Positions 58,102 through 64,000 of a stretch of 64,000 bases of DNA are shown piece after piece (position 1 is the first letter of the stretch; each line of letters opens with the position of its first letter). A program made the position numbers and the translations under genes. Source of the DNA: a virus (taxonomy: Duplodnaviria; Caudoviricetes); IMG/VR virus record IMGVR_UViG_3300017913_001833, positions 1 to 64,000 of that record; one strand, written 5' to 3'. The notes under the pieces were generated by a model. That model did no database searches. It was not told the DNA's origin and saw only the letters and a program-made list of their open reading frames with translations.

Positions 58102-58505
58102 AAGTAGGATTTACATGTAGTACATTTGATTTGTTACACGCAGGACATGTAATTATGTTACGTGAAGCAAAAGAACAATGCGATTATCTTATATGCGGAT
58201 TACAAGTTGATCCAAGCATAGACAGAGCCGAAAAAAATGCTCCTGTACAAACTATAGTTGAACGTTACACACAATTAAAAGCAGTAGGCTATGTAGATGA
58301 AATAGTGCCTTATGGGACTGAAAAAGATCTAGAAGATATTCTAAGTATGTATCCTATAGATGTACGTATACTAGGAGAAGAATATCGCGATAAAGATTTT
58401 ACTGGCAAGGACATTTGCCGTAAGCGTGATATTGAACTGCACTTTAACAAAAGAGAACACCGTTTTAGTTCAAGCGATTTAAGGAAGAGAGTCTGTGAGC
58501 GATAA
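58098..58505 (+). CDS. tagD: Glycerol-3-phosphate cytidylyltransferase-like protein
   Basis: STFDLLHAGH, ER..QL....YVDE, R..FSSS.LR. Confidence 0.85.
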   Translation: MKVGFTCSTFDLLHAGHVIMLREAKEQCDYLICGLQVDPSIDRAEKNAPVQTIVERYTQLKAVGYVDEIVPYGTEKDLEDILSMYPIDVRILGEEYRDKDFTGKDICRKRDIELHFNKREHRFSSSDLRKRVCER

Positions 58506-59217
58506 ATTTATTTTTGATGTAGACGGAACACTTACACCTAGCCGACAAGCAATCGATAAAAGATTTGCAGTATGGTTTAGAAAATTTTGTCTAAACAATT
58601 CTGTTTATCTTGTTACTGGTAGTGACTACCCTAAAACACTAGAACAGATAGGCGGCACTTTAATTACAACAGTACAACGTGTTTACAACTGTAGCGGAAA
58701 TGACGTTTGGGAAAAAGGAGTGCATATAAGAACAAATCCTTGGAAGTTACCGGACGAAGCAGAAGCATGGTTGCGTGAAGAATTAGATGCAAGCAAGTTT
58801 CCTTTGCGTACAGGATTACATATTGAAGATAGACCTGGTATGGTAAACTTTAGTGTTGTTGGTAGGAATGCCACACTAGGTGAAAGAAAATTATACGCTG
58901 AATATGATACTAAGCACGAAGAACGACACACTATTGCTAGATTCTTTAAACAAAAGTTTCCAGGCATTGAAGCAGTAGTAGGTGGCGAGACAGGAATAGA
59001 CATATATCCTGTAGGAGCAGACAAGAGTCAAATCCTTAAAGATTTTAAAGAAGATGATTTTATATACTTCTTTGGCGATATGTGTCAACCTGGCGGTAAT
59101 GACTTTCCTATTGCAAACGCAATAAGAGAAGGTGAACGCATGGGTGTTCCTATAAATGTAGACGGCTGGAAAGATACTTGGAGTAAATTACATGCATATA
59201 ATGTTAACGGGGCATAG
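58495..59217 (+). CDS. Phosphomannomutase, HAD-IIB (eukaryote PMM-type)
   Basis: FDVDGTLT, VTGSD, R.GM.NFS.VGR.A...ER, GG..GIDIYP.G.DK, FFGD...GGND. Confidence 0.85.
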   Translation: MSDKFIFDVDGTLTPSRQAIDKRFAVWFRKFCLNNSVYLVTGSDYPKTLEQIGGTLITTVQRVYNCSGNDVWEKGVHIRTNPWKLPDEAEAWLREELDASKFPLRTGLHIEDRPGMVNFSVVGRNATLGERKLYAEYDTKHEERHTIARFFKQKFPGIEAVVGGETGIDIYPVGADKSQILKDFKEDDFIYFFGDMCQPGGNDFPIANAIREGERMGVPINVDGWKDTWSKLHAYNVNGA

Positions 59218-59968
59218 AGGTTACATAGGTAGCCACTTATTAAAACGCCTTAAGAAAAATCACAGTATAGTTGGTTTCGATTTACAAGATGGTTGGGATC
59301 GTGACAAATTAAACAACAGTCAAGATTTAATGACGTGTGAATTGCCTGAAGAATTTGATTTAATTATTCACTTAGCAGGTAAAAGCGGAGTACGTGAAAG
59401 CATTAATGATCCTGCGGCATATTGGCGTAACAATGTTGAAGTGAGCAAACGCTTGTTCGAAAGATATCCAAACACACGTATTATGTATGCAAGTTCTAGC
59501 AGTGCTTACGAACCAGATCTAAATCCTTATGCGGCAAGCAAGTATTGTGTAGAAGAAGCTGCTGAACGTAATGTTGACACACTTGGTATGCGTTTCCATA
59601 CAGTGTATGATCACAATCCGCGCAAAGGTATGTTTGTACAAAAACTAATTGATGGTGAATTAGAATATGTTACAGACCATTATAGAGATTTCATCCACAT
59701 AGATGATTTGTGTGATGCAATAGAACTACTCATGCAGAGTAGATATTCGGGAACAGTTGACATAGGCACAGGACAACCTTTCCTTATCCGTGATTTTGCA
59801 CCAGACTTACCCATCCGTCTAAATACACCGAATGAACGTAAATGGACATGTGCAAATATGGAAAGGATGAGAACTTTAGGCTTTAATCCTAAACATTCAA
59901 TAGAAAAACTCTTGACAAACAACAAGTTAGGCAATATAATAAACTTTACAAATGGAGAAACATTATGA
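59192..59968 (+). CDS. NAD-dependent epimerase/dehydratase
   Basis: TGHRGYIG, HLAG..GVRES, ASSSS.Y, YAASK, RF.TVY. Confidence 0.88.
   Translation: MHIMLTGHRGYIGSHLLKRLKKNHSIVGFDLQDGWDRDKLNNSQDLMTCELPEEFDLIIHLAGKSGVRESINDPAAYWRNNVEVSKRLFERYPNTRIMYASSSSAYEPDLNPYAASKYCVEEAAERNVDTLGMRFHTVYDHNPRKGMFVQKLIDGELEYVTDHYRDFIHIDDLCDAIELLMQSRYSGTVDIGTGQPFLIRDFAPDLPIRLNTPNERKWTCANMERMRTLGFNPKHSIEKLLTNNKLGNIINFTNGETL
59912..59940 (+). promoter_or_regulatory. Consensus sigma70-type promoter
   Basis: TTGACA-N17-TATAAT. Confidence 0.8.
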
Positions 59969-60693
59969 AAGATATCTTACAAGACATGGTAGCTCATACA
60001 CACTCGCTGGGCTTCCTATCATTAGTAAAAGTTACTAATGAAGATGGCACACAGATTGACAGCATGGCTGAAGATCGCAGTGTTATTTTAAGTGCAGAAA
60101 CACACGCACCTGTAGCAGAGTTCAAAGGTACGTTTGGTATGCCAAACTTAGATAAACTAAGTTTGCATTTGAAAAATCCTGAGTATCAAAAAGATGCAAA
60201 GATTGATGTTGTTGAAGCAGATCGCAACGGTGAAGTTGTTCCAACACACATACATTTTGAAAACGCAACAGGCGATTTCCAAAATGATTATCGCTTTATG
60301 AACAAAGCAATTATTGAAGAAAAACTTAAAACTGTAAAGTTCAAAGGTGCTAACTGGAACGTAAGTTTTTCTCCTAGTGTTGCGGCAATTGGTCGTATGA
60401 AGTTACAAGCACTTGCACATTCAGAAGAGCCTACATTTAACGTAAGTTCAAACAATAATGATCTTGTGTTCAGCTTTGGTGATGCAAGCACACACGCAGG
60501 AAGTTTTGTATTTGAAGCAGGTGTTGAAGGTACACTTTCACATACATGGAGTTGGCCTGTAGCACAAGTACAAGCAATCTTGAATTTAGATGGTGATAAA
60601 ACAATGAGCATTTCAGATCAAGGTGCAATGCAAATCACAGTAGACAGTGGCATGGTCAAGTATGATTACATACTGCCTGCACAAAGTAAGTAA
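59965..60693 (+). CDS. Putative DNA sliding clamp (gp45/PCNA-like)
   Basis: 242 aa; two-domain beta/alpha pattern; PCNA-like C-terminus G...YDYILPA; clamp loader and PolB also present. Confidence 0.6.
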   Translation: MKDILQDMVAHTHSLGFLSLVKVTNEDGTQIDSMAEDRSVILSAETHAPVAEFKGTFGMPNLDKLSLHLKNPEYQKDAKIDVVEADRNGEVVPTHIHFENATGDFQNDYRFMNKAIIEEKLKTVKFKGANWNVSFSPSVAAIGRMKLQALAHSEEPTFNVSSNNNDLVFSFGDASTHAGSFVFEAGVEGTLSHTWSWPVAQVQAILNLDGDKTMSISDQGAMQITVDSGMVKYDYILPAQSK

Positions 60694-60902
60694 TGACACC
60701 TAGAGAAGTAGCACAAAAGCAAGCCGAAGAAGCAATGGATGGATTTATCCTTTGGAGTAAACGGGGAACTTTGTGGGCCGCTCTCTTTTTATGTGTTGTT
60801 GTATTTGCTTGCAACAACGGTGTAGAAACAGGACCAAACGCAACAGGAAGTGGCTATAATGGTGAACAATATAGTCCAAGTAATTTAAATGTCAAAAAGT
60901 AA
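60693..60902 (+). CDS. Small membrane protein
   Basis: One TM ending in FAC. Confidence 0.6.
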   Translation: MTPREVAQKQAEEAMDGFILWSKRGTLWAALFLCVVVFACNNGVETGPNATGSGYNGEQYSPSNLNVKK

Positions 60903-61311
60903 GATGCAAAAAGGAATTACAGGTAAACTGCACTGGACAACGTTCTGGAGTGAAAAAATACTCTTGGCTATCATTGGTGCATTGACTGTACTTGCGGCAG
61001 GTCTTGACATCTTTGATATGGTCATTAGTCTGAATGTAGAACTTGGTGACTTGTTCCTGTTGTTCATCTATGCAGAAATTATTGGCATGGTTGGTGCTTT
61101 TTATGTTAGTAATAGAATACCTGTTACACTGCCAATTATTATTGCAATGACTGCACTTTGTAGATTGATTGTTCTACATTCGAAAGAAGCAGATCCTTGG
61201 ATGCTTATTGCAGAAGCAGGTGCTATTGTACTGTTAGGCGGCGCCGCTTACATAATGAGTCACAAAGATAAACTAAGTTTGGAAAAAGAAAAACTACGTG
61301 ATGATAACTGA
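60889..61311 (+). CDS. psiE: Phosphate-starvation-inducible PsiE-like membrane protein
   Basis: Four TM; LLFIYAEIIGMV..FY..RIPV..PIIIAMTAL.RLI. Confidence 0.8.
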   Translation: MSKSKMQKGITGKLHWTTFWSEKILLAIIGALTVLAAGLDIFDMVISLNVELGDLFLLFIYAEIIGMVGAFYVSNRIPVTLPIIIAMTALCRLIVLHSKEADPWMLIAEAGAIVLLGGAAYIMSHKDKLSLEKEKLRDDN

Positions 61312-61456
61312 AAAACAGGCCAGAAGCGATTATAGGCAAATGCGAAAAGATGATCCAGTGTTTGCTGAATGTTGGCCTGACAAAGATAGAAGTTTTTATG
61401 AATGGTGCTCTCAATATTTAGATTACCAACATATTAAGGATAAAAATGAAGACTGA
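61301..61456 (+). CDS. Small hypothetical protein, 51 aa (not in ORF track)
   Basis: MITEKQARSDYRQMRKDDPVFAECWPD...; fills the gap. Confidence 0.5.
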   Translation: MITEKQARSDYRQMRKDDPVFAECWPDKDRSFYEWCSQYLDYQHIKDKNED

Positions 61457-62900
61457 TTTAACCACTGAACAAAAAGATTATGCACGTTTCCTTCCTGCAC
61501 TAAGTGGCTTTTATGCTACGTATGTTGGTAAACAACGGCATGATGAATACGTGGAAAAGTCCAGAATACCTAGCAATCTTACCCATGGTGTCGAAAGTTT
61601 AAACTATCTTAACGCACAACAAGGACAGTTCCAATACAAATGGAGTTTGTATAGTGCTGGACATGCAGATTTAGATACAACTAAATTTGTAGCAAAAGAA
61701 GATATGGTGCGTAACAGAGATAGAGACAACACTTGGTTACTTGGTGACTCAGGTGGATTCCAAATTGGTAAGGGTGTTTGGGAAGGTGACTGGAAAGATC
61801 CAAACTGTCCAAAGGCACAAAAGAAACGTGATGGCGTTCTTAAGTGGATGGACGCATACATGGACTATGGAATGATCCTTGATATTCCGGCTTGGGTTTC
61901 ACGTTCACCAGAAGGTGCAAAAGCAACAGGGATTAGCACATATGCAGAAGCAGTAAAAGCAACACGCATTAATAATGATTATTGGATGAAGCACAGAACA
62001 GGTGCTTGTAAGTTCCTAAATGTTCTCCAAGGGGAAAACCATGCTGATGCAGATGATTGGTATCAGCAGATGAAGGATTATTGTGATCCTAAAAAATATC
62101 CAAATGATCATTTTAACGGTTGGTCAATGGGTGGGCAGAATATGTGTGATGTTCATCTTGCACTCAAGCGTCTTGTTGCACTACGCTTTGACGGATTACT
62201 AGAGAAAGGCGTACATGACGTTATGCACTTCTTGGGTACATCTAAATTAGAGTGGGCTACACTACTTACAGATATTCAACGTGCCGTAAGGAAATATCAT
62301 AATGAAAACTTTACTATCACATTTGATTGTGCTTCGCCTTTCCTCGCAACCGCTAATGGACAGATCTACTGTGAACTTGAAACTCAGGACAGAACTAAAT
62401 GGGTATATAGAATGGTTCCGAGTATCGATGATAAGGCACTTGCAAAGGACACGACACCATTCGGACAAGCATTTGTTAGAGAAGGTAAACATCCGAGCTT
62501 CATGGACAGCCCAATAACAGCTGAACTTATGGCTAAAGATATTTGCATATATGGACCAGGCGACCTAAATAAAATAGGTAAAGAAGGTAAAACATCATGG
62601 GATAGTTTTAGTTATGCAGTTATGATGGGACATAATGTATGGATGCATATCAATGCAGTACAAGAAGCAAACAGACAATACGATGCAGGTGTATTGCCTG
62701 CAATGCTTGTAGAAGAACGCTTTGATAGATTGTATTTTAAGGATGTTGTAGAAGCAATATTTGCAACATCAAACAGAGACGAAGCAAACGCAGTCATTGA
62801 AGAATTTAGTAAGTTTTGGATGAGCATCATTGGTACACGTGGTGCAACTGGTAAGAAAACTGTAAACGCACAGACAAAATTTGGGGAGTTGTTTGAATGA
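61446..62900 (+). CDS. dpdA: TGT-family transglycosylase, probable DNA 7-deazaguanine insertase (DpdA-like)
   Basis: DSGGFQ, MILDIP, VLQG, GWSMGG, HFLG, FDCASP; no tRNA-TGT CxCxxC Zn motif; queD in the same genome. Confidence 0.8.
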   Translation: MKTDLTTEQKDYARFLPALSGFYATYVGKQRHDEYVEKSRIPSNLTHGVESLNYLNAQQGQFQYKWSLYSAGHADLDTTKFVAKEDMVRNRDRDNTWLLGDSGGFQIGKGVWEGDWKDPNCPKAQKKRDGVLKWMDAYMDYGMILDIPAWVSRSPEGAKATGISTYAEAVKATRINNDYWMKHRTGACKFLNVLQGENHADADDWYQQMKDYCDPKKYPNDHFNGWSMGGQNMCDVHLALKRLVALRFDGLLEKGVHDVMHFLGTSKLEWATLLTDIQRAVRKYHNENFTITFDCASPFLATANGQIYCELETQDRTKWVYRMVPSIDDKALAKDTTPFGQAFVREGKHPSFMDSPITAELMAKDICIYGPGDLNKIGKEGKTSWDSFSYAVMMGHNVWMHINAVQEANRQYDAGVLPAMLVEERFDRLYFKDVVEAIFATSNRDEANAVIEEFSKFWMSIIGTRGATGKKTVNAQTKFGELFE

Positions 62901-63085
62901 CACAAGAAACTTATCTTGAAAGCCTATATCGGAAACATAGAACACTTGACGATGAGATAAAAATGTTGTATAATAAGTTTGCAAGTGATGATTTAATAAA
63001 TCGTAAAAAAACACAAAAACTTTGGTTAAAAGATGAGATACACAGGATAGAAAATGAAACGGGATTATCAAGACGGCATTCATGA
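62897..63085 (+). CDS. DUF465/YdcH-like coiled-coil protein
   Basis: L...H..LD.EI......KK.KL.LKDEI. Confidence 0.75.
   Translation: MTQETYLESLYRKHRTLDDEIKMLYNKFASDDLINRKKTQKLWLKDEIHRIENETGLSRRHS
62946..62974 (+). promoter_or_regulatory. Possible internal sigma70-type promoter
   Basis: TTGACG-N17-TATAAT. Confidence 0.5.
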
Positions 63086-63587
63086 AAAAATGTGCTACTT
63101 CACTGGCTATGAAGTAGAAAAGACTCCTGCCTATGGAATGAAGACATTGTTTGTCGAAGGTGTACAAGACACTGACGAAATAATGACATTTTTAACAAAA
63201 GAAAAATGCACACATCTATTCTTTGGCGCTAATCACAGTTTCAATCCTGGAACTAACTTTCCAGATGATGGTGATGAATGGCGTGAATGGGAAGACATGA
63301 TCGAAGAGTTTCTTCGCGAAGGATATCTTTGTTCACTTGATATTCCTATTGCACTTGCTGAAGCATTTTTAGAATCAGGCTTAACAGAGTATGACAATTT
63401 TATTCCGCAGTTGCGTGTTCCGGTGCCTTACATCCGACAGTGGAATTACAACACTATGTTGAAAATTGACGACAAAGACTTTAAGGCATCTAATCCAGGC
63501 GTCTGGTGTCATAGACTGCACAATCTACAAGATGATGAAAAATTCACTGATTGGGCAAAGTATGGCCTTGACAAGCCGCTATTGTGA
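63054..63587 (+). CDS. Hypothetical protein in the dpdA neighbourhood
   Basis: G.EVE.TP..G..TLFV, FFGANHSF, KIDD.DF..SNPGVW. Confidence 0.7.
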   Translation: MKRDYQDGIHEKMCYFTGYEVEKTPAYGMKTLFVEGVQDTDEIMTFLTKEKCTHLFFGANHSFNPGTNFPDDGDEWREWEDMIEEFLREGYLCSLDIPIALAEAFLESGLTEYDNFIPQLRVPVPYIRQWNYNTMLKIDDKDFKASNPGVWCHRLHNLQDDEKFTDWAKYGLDKPLL

Positions 63588-63596
63588 GCGTATAAT
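63568..63596 (+). promoter_or_regulatory. Consensus sigma70-type promoter
   Basis: TTGACA-N17-TATAAT. Confidence 0.75.
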
Positions 63597-63627
63597 GAAC
63601 AATAACAATGAACGATACTATGAAGGT

Positions 63628-64000
63628 ATGTTACGTATGATGAGAGAAGAAGATGCAAAAGTTGCACAGGAAAATGTGATGCTAAAAGCAAACAGAAGTA
63701 TCTGGGTAACATTTGCTAAAGAAGGTGTACACATGTACCCAGGGGCAGACAAAGACCCTAAACTAGCAACAGGCGATTGGGATGACGTAAGTTTCTTAGG
63801 TATTCCGCATCGTCATATTTTCCACTTTAATGTCCGTATTGAAGTATTCCACAACGATAGAGACATTGAGTTTATCCAGTTTAAACGCTGGATGCAAAGG
63901 CTTTATGACGTCGAAGGCGTACTAGAGCTTAACCACAAGAGCTGTGAAATGATCGCAGATGACTTGTATAATGAAATCTCTAACAAATATCCTGGCCGGT
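63628..64000 (+). CDS. T-fold QueD-like protein (DpdL-like), truncated by the window end; not in ORF track
   Basis: Open frame from 63595/63628: EGVH..P...LGIPHRHIFHF..EVFHNDRDIEF...SCEMIA. Confidence 0.7.
   Translation, partial: MLRMMREEDAKVAQENVMLKANRSIWVTFAKEGVHMYPGADKDPKLATGDWDDVSFLGIPHRHIFHFNVRIEVFHNDRDIEFIQFKRWMQRLYDVEGVLELNHKSCEMIADDLYNEISNKYPGR

Noticed and set aside
61446-62900. Canonical tRNA-guanine transglycosylase (tgt)
   Set aside because: No C-terminal CxCxxC...H zinc site; replication-operon context favours a DNA-acting DpdA-like enzyme
311-63712. Numerous minus-strand ORFs in the track (e.g. 3072..3668, 41202..41849, 55182..55895)
   Set aside because: Antisense shadows of long + strand genes, without RBS or motifs; only 8017..8304 and phoH are credible
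1-64000. Stop-codon reassignment, introns or inteins
   Set aside because: Genes are full-length under code 11 with all three stops used; PolB, ClpA, ligase and ThyX appear uninterrupted

Overview
A densely coding, AT-rich 64-kb segment of a large tailed dsDNA phage with T4-like (myovirus-style) features. The host is Gram-negative (two-component spanin); an aquatic proteobacterium is plausible but inferred. Almost all genes lie on the + strand. In order, the window holds: ATP-dependent ligase; queD, glycosyltransferase-like genes, uvsE and iscA; a ~19-kb baseplate/tail-fibre module with two subtilases; a stand-alone DnaE (Pol III alpha) fragment; GroES, MazG, clamp loader, ferredoxin, thyX, an amino-methyltransferase and phoH; a lysis cassette (GH19 endolysin, spanins, holin candidates); DnaJ and ClpA; a cluster of probable capsid-internal cargo proteins; an ATE/Bpt-like aminoacyl-transferase; PolB, sugar-nucleotide genes and a sliding clamp; and a 7-deazaguanine DNA-modification locus (dpdA-like TGT plus a T-fold protein). 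Two promoter classes are visible: TTGACA-N17-TATAAT and a late-type TAAATA. The best leads are: (1) a DnaE half-gene that stops just before the catalytic PDxD motif, suggesting a split C-family polymerase alongside PolB; (2) modular head-cargo proteins with T4 internal-protein-like leaders, carrying annexin-like, nucleotidyltransferase, HAD and ParB domains; (3) a riboswitch-like pseudoknot/anti-SD leader on queD; (4) a clamp-binding-like tail shared by PolB and DpdA; (5) a possible phage N-degron module (Bpt-like transferase plus ClpA). All assignments come from motif recognition by eye; no searches were run. No tRNA, rRNA, CRISPR array or IS element was seen.
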